Translations under genes and position numbers: made by a program | Origin: a virus | Lineage: Duplodnaviria > Caudoviricetes | Reading direction: 5' to 3' (one strand) | Virus record (IMG/VR): IMGVR_UViG_3300028025_000089 | Length of the DNA stretch: 64,000 bases | The notes under the pieces: generated by a model | Database searches by the model: none | Told to the model about the DNA's origin: nothing | The model's input: only the letters and a program-made list of their open reading frames with translations | In this document: one piece after another, positions 40,361 through 50,281 of the stretch | Layout of the letters: each line of letters starts with the position of its first letter | Position numbering within the stretch: the first letter of the stretch is position 1

Positions 40361-40940
40361 CTACGAAGAAATAAAAAATTTAATTGAAGCATCAAGAAGG
40401 GCTCTTTCTAAAAACATTAATGAAAGTTCAAAAAAACAAATCAGAAAACAATATGGTTTATTAATTGAACAAAAAGAAGAAGAGGTTGATGTGGACATCG
40501 ACGCTGACGTATCTTTTGATGAAAAAAAACCTAAAAAAGACTCTGATGAGATTGGAAAACCAAAAGACAAACAAAAAACATATAAAATTCAAGGTAACCT
40601 ATTGGTTTTAAACGGGAAAACAGAGGCAGATATTCAATTAACAACAGATGAAAAAAATGCGTTTGTAGAAACTGTTGATGAATTTAGAAATGATGTTGCC
40701 GAATTGGCGGAGTTTGATAAGTTAAAAGTTTACCAAGATAATGTTGAATGGTCAGGTAAAATTTTGGAATTAGATTTGGAGTTTTTCTACACTATTAAAG
40801 AACCAAATGGAATCTATATCAATGGTGAAATGATGAAATTGGATGAGAAATATTTGGAGATGATTCCCAAGATTCAATCATTCTACGAAAAATTTAAAAA
40901 TAAATGGAGTAAAATTGTCTCATCAAGACTTGAAGATTAA
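40353..40940 (+). CDS. Hypothetical acidic protein (possible virion protein)
   Basis: ORF in the late operon; leader-like N-terminus (LIE, INE). Confidence 0.65.
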   Translation: MNNYEEIKNLIEASRRALSKNINESSKKQIRKQYGLLIEQKEEEVDVDIDADVSFDEKKPKKDSDEIGKPKDKQKTYKIQGNLLVLNGKTEADIQLTTDEKNAFVETVDEFRNDVAELAEFDKLKVYQDNVEWSGKILELDLEFFYTIKEPNGIYINGEMMKLDEKYLEMIPKIQSFYEKFKNKWSKIVSSRLED

Positions 40941-41293
40941 TGAAGGACTTTTTTGTATATAATTGGAAAACAATCACTCTTACAATATTGGGAGTGATTT
41001 TTGTGTATTTATTAGTTCGAGTTTTTACACCAACACCAGATCATAGTGAATTGAATAAATATAAGTTGGACCAAATTGATCAAAAGGTTAAGGATATTGA
41101 AAAACTTCAAAAAGATATTAAAGATTCTATAAAATTATATAGATCACAAATTAAAGATATTGATACAAAAATTTCAAAGATTAAATTACAACGAAACGAA
41201 ATTAATAATTACTATACTATCAAGGAAGACGAAATTAAAAGTGCGGACAAAAAAAAAATTGATAGTTTGTTTAAAAAAAGATATAACTTTTAA
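40940..41293 (+). CDS. Membrane-anchored coiled-coil protein (i-spanin-like)
   Basis: Single N-terminal TM followed by heptads; near the amidase. Confidence 0.5.
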   Translation: MKDFFVYNWKTITLTILGVIFVYLLVRVFTPTPDHSELNKYKLDQIDQKVKDIEKLQKDIKDSIKLYRSQIKDIDTKISKIKLQRNEINNYYTIKEDEIKSADKKKIDSLFKKRYNF

Positions 41294-41294
41294 T

Positions 41295-41708
41295 ATGAAA
41301 AAAAATATATTACTTATCATTTTTACTTTTTTGTGTTTAGGGTTTCTTTCACAAAAGAATAACTCCGACACCTCTCAAATGTGTATTCCTTATCCTGTGG
41401 CAAAACAAATACTATTGGATTTAAATAACTACGATAAGTTGCAAGAGGTTGTAAAAACTTATAAAGAGGAGATTTATGAACTTAACAAAAAAACACAAGT
41501 TCTACAAAAAGAAAACGATTCGTGGGAAAAAGAAGATAGTCTTAATAGAGAAATCATTAGTGAAAAAAACAAAGCAATTGAAATCATTAAAGAAGAGAAT
41601 AAAGGTCTTAGAGAAGAAAATAAAAGAATCAAAACTAAAAATACTTTATATAATATAATCTCTGCGGTAATCATAGCACCATTAACCTACATAGCACTTT
41701 TAAAATAA
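41295..41708 (+). CDS. Signal-peptide coiled-coil protein with a C-terminal TM (spanin-like)
   Basis: The track start TTG 41160 overlaps the previous gene; ATG 41295 gives MKKNILLIIFTFLC.. and a terminal hydrophobic helix. Confidence 0.5.
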   Translation: MKKNILLIIFTFLCLGFLSQKNNSDTSQMCIPYPVAKQILLDLNNYDKLQEVVKTYKEEIYELNKKTQVLQKENDSWEKEDSLNREIISEKNKAIEIIKEENKGLREENKRIKTKNTLYNIISAVIIAPLTYIALLK

Positions 41709-41953
41709 TGGCACTGACACAAACAGATAAGAATGAAATTGAAGTGATGATCAGAAAAGAAATAAAAAGTTTTCTTGACTCCAACACGTCTAAACAATTT
41801 GAAGATAAACTAATGGATAAAATATCCACAGAACTTCAAAGAGGAAAATATAAAAATCACGTAAAAGACATTGTCATAAAATCTTTTCAAGAATACTTTA
41901 ACATGATGTATCATCAAAAAGGATATTGGGAGTCTAAATTTAGAAACATGTAA
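41708..41953 (+). CDS. Hypothetical protein
   Basis: TAATG-coupled ORF. Confidence 0.65.
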   Translation: MALTQTDKNEIEVMIRKEIKSFLDSNTSKQFEDKLMDKISTELQRGKYKNHVKDIVIKSFQEYFNMMYHQKGYWESKFRNM

Positions 41954-42696
41954 TGGAAGATATAATACAAAAACTTCAGTCAGGTTTGGTTAGTGGTGGT
42001 GTTAGGCCGAAACAAAGATACGAAATCAATAAACTGATTGATGCTGAAATGAAAGAAGGTAAAAACAAAAAAAGAGATTATTTAAGTTTTTTAAAAGACG
42101 AGGACGATCTTCTTCAGATTTATAACTTGATAAAAAATAAAAAATTATCAAATAACCAAATTAGAAAAAAAATTAAAGAGTTTTTAAATGACCCTGAAGA
42201 CTTGAATGATTTTTTAAAATCAATTTTATCTGAAAAAGGAAAAAAAGAAGAAAACACCGAAGCAACAGGTGCAGGATCTGCGGGTGGATATTCTATGCCA
42301 TTATTCTCAACAACAAAGGGTGATATTACAAAAAATGTGAAAACAGTAAGAGAAAGTTTAGATGTAGAAGATTCTGAATTGAAAAAAACTGAAACTAAAG
42401 AAGCCACTACATCAGCGTCTTCAGGACAATATTCACAACCCGCAATTTGGGCAAAATCACTAAAGAAAAAAGATTTTGCTGGTTATAAAAAACCACTATA
42501 CAAAGGAGGAAAATTTGTTCAAGTAAAAAAGAAATGTAAAACGTTCCCGTATTGTAATCAAGGTGATATTGGATCTTTAAACATTTTTGAAAATGAATCA
42601 GTAAAAAGTGCGGTTGACAGTGTCTCGAAAAACTATGGGTTGGATAAGAACTACATTTTCGAATTACTTTATCAAGAAATGACTAAAACAAAATAA
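41953..42696 (+). CDS. Hypothetical (possible head) protein with two EAT..S.G.YS.P motifs
   Basis: TEATGAGSAGGYSMP and KEATTSASSGQYSQP. Confidence 0.7.
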   Translation: MEDIIQKLQSGLVSGGVRPKQRYEINKLIDAEMKEGKNKKRDYLSFLKDEDDLLQIYNLIKNKKLSNNQIRKKIKEFLNDPEDLNDFLKSILSEKGKKEENTEATGAGSAGGYSMPLFSTTKGDITKNVKTVRESLDVEDSELKKTETKEATTSASSGQYSQPAIWAKSLKKKDFAGYKKPLYKGGKFVQVKKKCKTFPYCNQGDIGSLNIFENESVKSAVDSVSKNYGLDKNYIFELLYQEMTKTK

Positions 42697-42723
42697 TAAG
42701 ATATTTATAAAATAAAAAGAAAA

Positions 42724-44364
42724 ATGAATCAAAAACAATATATCCGATCAAGATTTGAAAAAATACTTAAAGAAAGTATTCACGAAAAAGCAGAATCTAT
42801 TATGAATAGATTGAACCTTAAAAAGGAAACAGATTTGTATGACACAAACGAGTTTGATTATGTTCAAGAGGGTGAAACATGTGAACAATGCGGTTCATCA
42901 GAAGTGACAGAAAAAGAGTGTATGGAATGTGGTTGGAAGGGTTCATCTGAAGTTATGGAATTTGAAGATGATATTGACTATGGTAATACTAAATATGGTT
43001 TAGGTGATGATGACGATGAAGAATTCGTAAATTATGATGATATTAATTATGACGATGAAGAAGAATATTATCCTGAACTAAGAATGCCTCGTGACATGCC
43101 ATCATACAAAACTAAATATAGACATAGTGATGATGAAGAAGAAATAACAGAAAAACTTCATGGTAAACAACGTAAATTAGACAAAAACAAAAATAATAGG
43201 ATTGACTCCGAAGATTTAAAAATGTTAAGAAAACAACAAGATGAAACAGAACAACTTTATGAAGTAGAGTTTGAAAAAGAAGTAGGAGAAGGTGAAACTG
43301 ATGAAAGTAAAGAATTCGCCTATGCCGCTATGATGGCTAAAAAGAAAGGTAAAAAAACTTTTGAGTTGGATGGGGAAACATTTGATGTTAAAGAATCATA
43401 CATAACTGAAAAATGGAAAGGTGATGTTGAGGTTGAACAAACTGGTGAATATTCAGACATGTCTATTGCTGAGTTGAATGCAGCAATCAAAAAACAAAAG
43501 GCTAAAAACGATAGAACAAAAGAGGCTGGTAAAAAAGTCTCTCATGCAGATAAAACAAAAATGAGTCAATTATATTTTGCTAAAAGAGCAAAACAAGGTT
43601 GGAAAGGTAAAGGAAAGGCAAAAGTTAATGAAAGTATTTTGTTTACTGAAACAGACTTAATCGACTTTATCGAAAAAATCGTAAACGAAGATAAAAAATT
43701 CAGAAAATCAGAATCTAAAGGTTTTAGAGAATATGAAAGAGTTCACAAAGCAGACAAGAAAGAAAATGAAGATTATTTGAAAAGTGTTGCTAAAAAAATG
43801 ACTGATTATTTGAAAGGTATGAACGACGAAAGTTCAAAATATGAGATGAAAGAAACTCAAAAATTCCCAACTGAAAATGGTGGATTAAAAAAGGGTAATA
43901 GAAAAAAATACACACCATCGGATGCAGTCGACGAATACATTGATGCTTTTTCATATCCAGGTCAAACTAATTTAGTTTATGATGAAATAAAACCTAATGA
44001 GGAGTGGATAGAAGATTTAATAAAAGGGTCTTCAAGAACAGGAAACGCTCAAGTTGACAAAGATGGAAATGCTTTGGGTAATGTCGTTCCAAGTAAAACA
44101 GGAGAAAAGTTCTTTAAAAATTATAAAGACAATCTCTATGGTCAAGAACAACAAGAAGCATCTTATAAAAGACAACCACAACCTGTAGACCAAGCTGGTG
44201 AACACACTGAAAGAGGATCTTTAAAATCAAGAAAAGGAAAAAAGACTTCACAATCAGTTCTAAATAAGTTAGAAGAAAATGTAAATGAGAAAGAAAGTAA
44301 AAAGTTGAACGAAGAGTTTGATCGAATTCAAGATTTAATGGGATACAATAGAAAAACTCAATAA
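42724..44364 (+). CDS. Large acidic late protein (possible internal head protein)
   Basis: Late motif at 42702; very E/D/K-rich; internal FTETDLIDFIEKIVNE motif. Confidence 0.7.
   Translation: MNQKQYIRSRFEKILKESIHEKAESIMNRLNLKKETDLYDTNEFDYVQEGETCEQCGSSEVTEKECMECGWKGSSEVMEFEDDIDYGNTKYGLGDDDDEEFVNYDDINYDDEEEYYPELRMPRDMPSYKTKYRHSDDEEEITEKLHGKQRKLDKNKNNRIDSEDLKMLRKQQDETEQLYEVEFEKEVGEGETDESKEFAYAAMMAKKKGKKTFELDGETFDVKESYITEKWKGDVEVEQTGEYSDMSIAELNAAIKKQKAKNDRTKEAGKKVSHADKTKMSQLYFAKRAKQGWKGKGKAKVNESILFTETDLIDFIEKIVNEDKKFRKSESKGFREYERVHKADKKENEDYLKSVAKKMTDYLKGMNDESSKYEMKETQKFPTENGGLKKGNRKKYTPSDAVDEYIDAFSYPGQTNLVYDEIKPNEEWIEDLIKGSSRTGNAQVDKDGNALGNVVPSKTGEKFFKNYKDNLYGQEQQEASYKRQPQPVDQAGEHTERGSLKSRKGKKTSQSVLNKLEENVNEKESKKLNEEFDRIQDLMGYNRKTQ
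43018..43066 (+). repeat. 49-bp dispersed repeat, copy 1 (EEFVNYDDINYDDEEE)
   Basis: 47/49 identical to 52833..52881. Confidence 0.9.
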
Positions 44365-44406
44365 TTTACAATAAAATACCTTAACCTATATTATCCATAG
44401 TTAGTA

Positions 44407-44880
44407 ATGACTATGGATAATTTTTTTAACTATATCACCAAAAATTTAAATCCTGAAGACGTTGATACGTGGTTTAGGGCCAATAATATAATTTCTGAAA
44501 AAATGGAGTTGTATTATGATTTTTCTTATAGTCTACATCTACTAATTAAAAGCACGTATTTAGGGTCAAAAAATGAAAAAAATGAAACCTTAGTTAAAAT
44601 GACTAATGAGGATGATATTAATCATTTTGATTGGTGTTGGAAAAAAACAGTAGAAAACTTTAAAAAAGAAAGTATTATCTTCAGAACGGATGGAGATCAT
44701 TACAAATACTTTTTTACTTTATTTGATGAAATATTCTATAAACAAGAAAAGGAACAAATTAGAGAATCGATAGACGTTTTTTTTAACGACTTGTTTAACA
44801 AAGACAAACCATTTACACAAGTTGATTTAGACCTTATTTATAATATATATAAATCTTTGGATAATAATCTTATTATCTAA
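44407..44880 (+). CDS. Hypothetical protein
   Basis: ORF with a TTTACA..TATATT promoter-like site upstream. Confidence 0.7.
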   Translation: MTMDNFFNYITKNLNPEDVDTWFRANNIISEKMELYYDFSYSLHLLIKSTYLGSKNEKNETLVKMTNEDDINHFDWCWKKTVENFKKESIIFRTDGDHYKYFFTLFDEIFYKQEKEQIRESIDVFFNDLFNKDKPFTQVDLDLIYNIYKSLDNNLII

Positions 44881-44882
44881 AC

Positions 44883-44911
44883 TTTACTAATATAATATTG
44901 AATGGTATTAT
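44883..44911 (+). promoter_or_regulatory. -35/-10 promoter (TTTACT-N17-TATTAT)
   Basis: 17-nt spacer, upstream of the Hc1-like gene. Confidence 0.55.
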
Positions 44912-44943
44912 TTAGTGAAATAAACTATAATTTTTAATAACAA

Positions 44944-45114
44944 ATGGAAACATTAGAGAAAATTAAAGAGCTTACTGAACAATTGAGCTTAGATGTTACA
45001 AAGTTTTATTCTGGAAACAAAAGTGCCGGAACAAGAGCAAGAAAATCATCTCAAGACCTTAAAACTCTTTTACAACAATTAAGAAGCGAAATTCTTGAAG
45101 AAAGAAAAAAATGA
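44944..45114 (+). CDS. Histone H1-like (Hc1-family) nucleoid protein, 56 aa, missing from the ORF track
   Basis: METLEKIKELTEQLSLDVTKFYSGNKSAGTRARKSSQDLKTLLQQLRSEILEERKK; GNKxAGTRARK is the family hallmark. Confidence 0.85.
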   Translation: METLEKIKELTEQLSLDVTKFYSGNKSAGTRARKSSQDLKTLLQQLRSEILEERKK

Positions 45115-45311
45115 TTATGATTAGTTTGGATATTTTTTCCCTTTTTATTTTTATCCTTTCAACACTCTATGTGATGAACGGAATTTTTAGAATTATTAAA
45201 AACATTTTAAGTCAGAACCCTTCTGAAATGAGATACTCAATTTGGGAAAAAATATCCAACTATTTTTTCATCACTTATCTAATAACCTATATTTTAACAA
45301 AATATCTATAA
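45111..45311 (+). CDS. Small membrane protein
   Basis: Two hydrophobic helices; ATGA coupling. Confidence 0.65.
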   Translation: MIMISLDIFSLFIFILSTLYVMNGIFRIIKNILSQNPSEMRYSIWEKISNYFFITYLITYILTKYL

Positions 45312-45312
45312 T

Positions 45313-45741
45313 ATGTATAACGAACTCAAAGATATATTCGAATATTTAGTTTCAGTTAGAAAACTAAAAAATTATTTAACTGTGGATATTGAATTTCCTA
45401 ATCATTGGAAAATACCAAAAAGATATGTTCAAGAAGACAAAATAATTGAAAATCAAAAGGTAAATGAAAACAAAAGATTTTTTTCATTTGTAAGTGAGTT
45501 TAATGAAGATGTTTTAAACAAAACCGTTGAAAACATTAAAAATATTATAGCATACAATAAAGAAATTGAAATGAAAGAAAGTTTATTGAAACAAAAAATC
45601 GATGAACTTAAAAAGATTTTTGAAAAGGAAAAGTTAGAAAGTTTACAATTATTAAAATTTGATATTTTTGAAGAAAAATTAGACGATGGAGAAGAAATTA
45701 TTGACACGAGAAGAACAAGCGGTGGGTTGGTTGAAGAGTGA
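45313..45741 (+). CDS. Hypothetical protein
   Basis: ORF in the operon. Confidence 0.65.
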   Translation: MYNELKDIFEYLVSVRKLKNYLTVDIEFPNHWKIPKRYVQEDKIIENQKVNENKRFFSFVSEFNEDVLNKTVENIKNIIAYNKEIEMKESLLKQKIDELKKIFEKEKLESLQLLKFDIFEEKLDDGEEIIDTRRTSGGLVEE

Positions 45742-45886
45742 AATGGAAAAAGATAACAAAGAGCTTGAAAATGAGAAAAAACGAATCATTGACTCATTGA
45801 AACAAATTAAAAAGGATGAAATTATACCAACAAAAGAAGAGTTATCATTATGGAAGAGGATAAAAAGAGTGTTGATGGGATCTTAG
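45686..45886 (+). CDS. Hypothetical protein
   Basis: Overlapping ORF with a plausible charged helical sequence. Confidence 0.55.
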   Translation: MEKKLLTREEQAVGWLKSEMEKDNKELENEKKRIIDSLKQIKKDEIIPTKEELSLWKRIKRVLMGS

Positions 45887-46158
45887 AGAACATTGCCCTT
45901 ATCACTGATGGACTACAGTCATTGTTTCCTGATGGAAAGATGATATGTGTCTACGAACTCAATAATGACGATTACAAAAAAGTCCAAACTAATTTTAGAA
46001 AAATTGATCACCAACATAAAAGGTTTTCAATTGATATATCTGGTGTGGAACATGTTTTTATTCACGAAGATTACCAAACACCATTACCCAAAGAAGAGGT
46101 TGAGATCCCCAAAAAAACTTTAAAAGAGAAGTTATCTTCTTTCTTTAAACGTAGTTGA
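45850..46158 (+). CDS. Hypothetical protein
   Basis: ORF in the operon. Confidence 0.6.
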   Translation: MEEDKKSVDGILENIALITDGLQSLFPDGKMICVYELNNDDYKKVQTNFRKIDHQHKRFSIDISGVEHVFIHEDYQTPLPKEEVEIPKKTLKEKLSSFFKRS

Positions 46159-46773
46159 TTTCCGGTATAAGATTTTCTTATCTATACCCATATTATTTAA
46201 CAAATCATATAAATATTTTTTTTGTTCTTTAGAACTTTCACTAACTAAAATGGTGTCCGATCTATTTTGAGAAATCATATAGTTAGATAATGACATTAGA
46301 AATCTTTCAGATTCAAATTCATTCTTCAAAGAAAACAAATTAACATCACTATCATTTTGAAGGACTATTTTGTTATTTAAACAAGAAATAAGTTTAATTG
46401 AATTTTTTGGTAGATACTTTTTTATAAAAAAATCGACAGAAATCTTTTTATTTAAAGATACGTCAAACAACATCTCTTCAAGTTTATAGTTTGAAATTTT
46501 TATAATCTTATATTCAGGATCGTCAATTTCAACTTTAACTTGTCTACCCATATTGTCTTTAACAAACAACGAATCAAAGTTGGAATCAGTCTTTTCTAAT
46601 AAACCAAGTTCAAATACACATTCTTTTGTGTTTTCAATTTTTTTATCAAAAATAACAGACTCGTTGTTTTTCAATAAGTTATTATAAAATTCATTACACC
46701 TTTCAAATGTCTGAAACTTATTGATTATTTTTTTTCTTTCTTTATTTTTAAACAATACTACTAAATAGTTCAT
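46132..46773 (-). CDS. Hypothetical protein
   Basis: The track start 46779 is TTG; ATG 46773 preferred. Late motif at 46795-46801. Confidence 0.7.
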   Translation of the reverse strand: MNYLVVLFKNKERKKIINKFQTFERCNEFYNNLLKNNESVIFDKKIENTKECVFELGLLEKTDSNFDSLFVKDNMGRQVKVEIDDPEYKIIKISNYKLEEMLFDVSLNKKISVDFFIKKYLPKNSIKLISCLNNKIVLQNDSDVNLFSLKNEFESERFLMSLSNYMISQNRSDTILVSESSKEQKKYLYDLLNNMGIDKKILYRKSTTFKERR

Positions 46774-46802
46774 ATACAAAATATACCCTTTTTAATAAAT
46801 AA

Positions 46803-47729
46803 ATGAATAATGAAAACTTTTATGACGTTTTAGGTGTTAGCGAAACCGCAACACAAGATGAAATCAAAAAAACGTATCGAAAATTAGCAAAAGAAAATCA
46901 TCCCGATATTGGAGGGAATGAAGACCTGTTTAAAAAAATATCATCGGCTTATGATGTATTGGGTGATGAACAAAAAAGACAACAATACGACCAACAAAGA
47001 AAAAATCCATTTGGTGGGGGAGGGTTTAACTTCAACGAAATGTTTAATGACTTATTTGGTCAAAAACAAAGACCGCAAAATCGACAAGCTCACGTTACAA
47101 ATATCACCGTCAATATTGGTGTTTTGGATTCTTATTTATCAAAAAAACATAACCTAACTTATAAAAGACAAACTAAATGTGATCCTTGCAATGGATCAGG
47201 TGGTGATAAGAGAACCTGTGTGTCTTGCAATGGATCTGGTGTGATTTTAAGACAATTTGGATCAGGAATGTTCACCCAAGTTGCGCAATCGGTTTGTGAG
47301 TCATGTCAAGGTAAGGGTCACATTTTAATAAATGCTTGTTTTTTATGTTCTGGTGTTGGATCAAGACCTGAAATGAAAACAATTGAAGTGGGACTTCCAC
47401 ATGGAATTGATAATGGACAATTTTTAAGATTATCTCAAATTGGTGATTTTAAAAATGGAATGTATGGTGATCTAATAATTAGAGTTGATCTAAAACCACA
47501 AAACGGATTCAACAAAGTTGGAAATCATTTGGTGTATGATTGTTTTATGAATATTGATGAGTTAAAAAGTGGGACAATAACCATTCCACATCCTGAAAGT
47601 AGTTTGAATATTAAACTACCAAAAAACATTGACACGTCAAAACCTTTAAGAGTGAAATCAAAAGGATTCAAATTAGATAGTGTTGGTGATTTAATTGTAA
47701 ATCAGTTTGTTAAATTTGATCGGGATTAA
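46803..47729 (+). CDS. dnaJ: DnaJ co-chaperone
   Basis: J domain with HPD, G/F linker, four CxxCxGxG repeats, and a C-terminal domain with GDL motifs. Confidence 0.95.
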   Translation: MNNENFYDVLGVSETATQDEIKKTYRKLAKENHPDIGGNEDLFKKISSAYDVLGDEQKRQQYDQQRKNPFGGGGFNFNEMFNDLFGQKQRPQNRQAHVTNITVNIGVLDSYLSKKHNLTYKRQTKCDPCNGSGGDKRTCVSCNGSGVILRQFGSGMFTQVAQSVCESCQGKGHILINACFLCSGVGSRPEMKTIEVGLPHGIDNGQFLRLSQIGDFKNGMYGDLIIRVDLKPQNGFNKVGNHLVYDCFMNIDELKSGTITIPHPESSLNIKLPKNIDTSKPLRVKSKGFKLDSVGDLIVNQFVKFDRD

Positions 47730-47887
47730 AAAAGGGAGATAATGTCTTTAATAAACGATACAATACCGTATACACCAAAAAAGAAAAATATCCCACCAAA
47801 AAATAAAACAAATCTTTGGGTATTTTTAACTTGTCTACTATCTTCACAAGCTTTACACTTAACTTCTGTTGCTTTTTGTTCTTCCAT
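47726..47887 (-). CDS. Small membrane protein with CxxC, 53 aa, missing from the ORF track
   Basis: [53 protein letters not shown]; TTTATT-N17-TAAATT ends 6 nt before the ATG. Confidence 0.7.
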   Translation of the reverse strand: MEEQKATEVKCKACEDSRQVKNTQRFVLFFGGIFFFFGVYGIVSFIKDIISLF

Positions 47888-47911
47888 ACCTATAATTTAA
47901 TTACTATTCAG

Positions 47912-47940
47912 TTGAAAATAAATAATAAAAAAACTATAAT
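47912..47940 (+). promoter_or_regulatory. -35/-10 promoter (TTGAAA-N17-TATAAT); probably leaderless
   Basis: ATG 47947 lies 6 nt after the -10 box. Confidence 0.7.
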
Positions 47941-47946
47941 TATATC

Positions 47947-48786
47947 ATGTTAAGCTATATCGGAGGTAAGAGTAAAATTGGTAAATGGATTGTTCCATTC
48001 TACGACAAAAATATGGAGGTCTATTTAGAGACTTTCGGAGGAATGTTTTGGTGTTTTTATAATATGGACCTAAAACAATTTCCTAATTTAAATAAAGTGG
48101 TTTATAACGACTTTAACCCACTAAACTATAACCTATTCAAGTGTGTTCAAAACCCAACTGAATTGTTAAGAGCAATCAACTCAATTGATTGTCAAAAACA
48201 AGGTGAGGATCTTACACCTGAAATATACAAACAACAATTTATCAGTTTTCAAGCTGAAGTTTTTAATGAAGGTTTCAGCGTAGAACCTGGCGATTATGAG
48301 GTGGCAGCCAAATACGTTTATATTCTAACACAAGTTTTCAGTGGATCAAAACCTGAAACATCTAACTTTATTGACCTTAAAGGAAAATACAAATCAAAAT
48401 ATCTTACGTTTAGAGATAAGTTATCTAAACCTGATTGGGTGGATCACTTTTTAAAGATTACCGATGTTGAAAATATGGATTTTGCAGATGTGATTAATAA
48501 GTATGACTCACCATCGACTTACATTTATTTGGATCCACCGTATTGGAAAACTGAAAATTATTACTCCAACCACGACTTTGATCGTCAAGACCACGAGAGA
48601 TTGGCAAATGTATTACATGGAGTTAAAGGTAAGTTTTCATTATCTTATTATGACTTTGAACTTCTTCACCAATGGTTCCCCGAAGATCAATACACTTGGG
48701 TTAAAAAAGAGTTTGCAAAAGCAGCTTCCGCCAAGAAAGGTGAGAAACAAAATATGGGGGAAGAATTATTGATTATGAATTATTAA
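47947..48786 (+). CDS. Dam/D12-class DNA adenine methyltransferase
   Basis: YIGGKSK, ETFGG, VYNDFN and IYLDPPY. Confidence 0.9.
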   Translation: MLSYIGGKSKIGKWIVPFYDKNMEVYLETFGGMFWCFYNMDLKQFPNLNKVVYNDFNPLNYNLFKCVQNPTELLRAINSIDCQKQGEDLTPEIYKQQFISFQAEVFNEGFSVEPGDYEVAAKYVYILTQVFSGSKPETSNFIDLKGKYKSKYLTFRDKLSKPDWVDHFLKITDVENMDFADVINKYDSPSTYIYLDPPYWKTENYYSNHDFDRQDHERLANVLHGVKGKFSLSYYDFELLHQWFPEDQYTWVKKEFAKAASAKKGEKQNMGEELLIMNY

Positions 48787-48827
48787 TTTTTTACTATTTA
48801 CGAATATTTATTAATAAAAAAATTATT

Positions 48828-50210
48828 ATGTCACTTAGATTCACTAGTCTATTACGAGATCTTATTGTTGAAAGTTCAAGATTTCAAGTATTATTCGATA
48901 AGTTCGTAAAACCAAAGGAAAGAGGTCAAAGAGGTATTATGCCTTTTGAAACATTATTCGCACTTATCGCAGCCGACCCAACCACAAAAATTCCAGAAGG
49001 AATGGATATTGATAATGTTAAACCTGAACAAATGGAAAAGGTTAAAATTGGAAAATATGCTCAGTGGTTATTAAAAAACTTTGTTACACCTAAGTTACCG
49101 GCAGATCACCCATTAATGATTACTGATCCACAATCAGGTCAATATAAGGCGGCATTAAAGTCATTTCAAGATCTTTTTATGGAAGACTTATATAAAGTCA
49201 CAACAAACCTTCAAAAGTTTGAAAGATTTAAAAATAGATTACCTCAAGAGTTTAGAGATATTAATAAACTAACTCCTGAGACTTTATATGATCAAGTTAA
49301 AGATTTCAGTTTAGAAAAAACTAAGGCAACTGCTGCTGAGAAAAAAGAGGCTTCTCAGACATTTGCTCACCCTGGTGCTGACATCGTTTATAGAGGTCAA
49401 GATTGGACGGTTGCTAAAATCTCAAACACAGGACCATTAGGAAAAGAAGCTGCTTGTTTCTACGGTGGATCACATAATGAGGCAAGAAGAGGAGAAACCA
49501 ATTGGTGCACCTCATCACCAGGATATACTTGGTTTGAAAGATATATTGCTAAAGGACCTTTATATGTTGTAATCCCAAACAAACCAACATCTTTCAAAAC
49601 TTATGGTAAGGAAACTGGTGAGGTTTCAGGACTTCCAGCAAATCGTTATCAATTCCACTTCCCTGATAATCAATTCATGGATGCTGACGACAGACAAATC
49701 AACTTGATTGAATTTCTAAACACAAATGAAGAAGGGTTAAAACAATTCTTCAAACCTGAATTCATGAAGTCATTGGCAGGTGATAAAGGAGAAAAAGTTG
49801 TTATTGACTATCCAAGTGATTCAGCATCTAAGTTCATTGCACTTTACGGATTTGATGAGTTCTTCTCAACTCTTCCTACAACTTTAAAAAGACTTACATT
49901 TAAAAATACATCAAGAGACAAGATCTCACTTAATATTCCTAACGACATTGGAAGATTCAAACAGCTAAACGCAATTAACTTCGTTGGATGTGTTGCATCT
50001 CTACCTGAAGCGATCTGTGGTTTAGAAAACCTACAATATTTATCGTTAGTTAATAACCCTGATTTACAAATGTTACCTGAATGTATTGGTGACATGCCAA
50101 ACCTTATGGTTTTAAACTTAGGAGGAAGTAATCCACAACAAGTTCTACCTGAATCAGTGTTCAGAAGAGCTGAAGAGGATGAGGACTTCAACTTATTTAC
50201 ACATAGTTAA
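48828..50210 (+). CDS. Late protein: conserved phage domain plus C-terminal leucine-rich repeats
   Basis: TNWCTS..FERY..GPLY..RYQFHF domain, then LPEAICGLENLQYLSL and LPECIGDMPNLMVLNL LRRs. Confidence 0.75.
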   Translation: MSLRFTSLLRDLIVESSRFQVLFDKFVKPKERGQRGIMPFETLFALIAADPTTKIPEGMDIDNVKPEQMEKVKIGKYAQWLLKNFVTPKLPADHPLMITDPQSGQYKAALKSFQDLFMEDLYKVTTNLQKFERFKNRLPQEFRDINKLTPETLYDQVKDFSLEKTKATAAEKKEASQTFAHPGADIVYRGQDWTVAKISNTGPLGKEAACFYGGSHNEARRGETNWCTSSPGYTWFERYIAKGPLYVVIPNKPTSFKTYGKETGEVSGLPANRYQFHFPDNQFMDADDRQINLIEFLNTNEEGLKQFFKPEFMKSLAGDKGEKVVIDYPSDSASKFIALYGFDEFFSTLPTTLKRLTFKNTSRDKISLNIPNDIGRFKQLNAINFVGCVASLPEAICGLENLQYLSLVNNPDLQMLPECIGDMPNLMVLNLGGSNPQQVLPESVFRRAEEDEDFNLFTHS

Positions 50211-50231
50211 TATTAAATCAAATAAAAACAT

Positions 50232-50260
50232 AACCCCACCCTTTAAAGTGGGGTTTTTTG
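50232..50260 (+). terminator. Intrinsic terminator (CCCCAC palindrome, copy 1)
   Basis: AACCCCAC-CCTTTAAA-GTGGGGTT followed by a T run. Confidence 0.85.
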
Positions 50261-50281
50261 TTTTAATAGATATTTATTATT

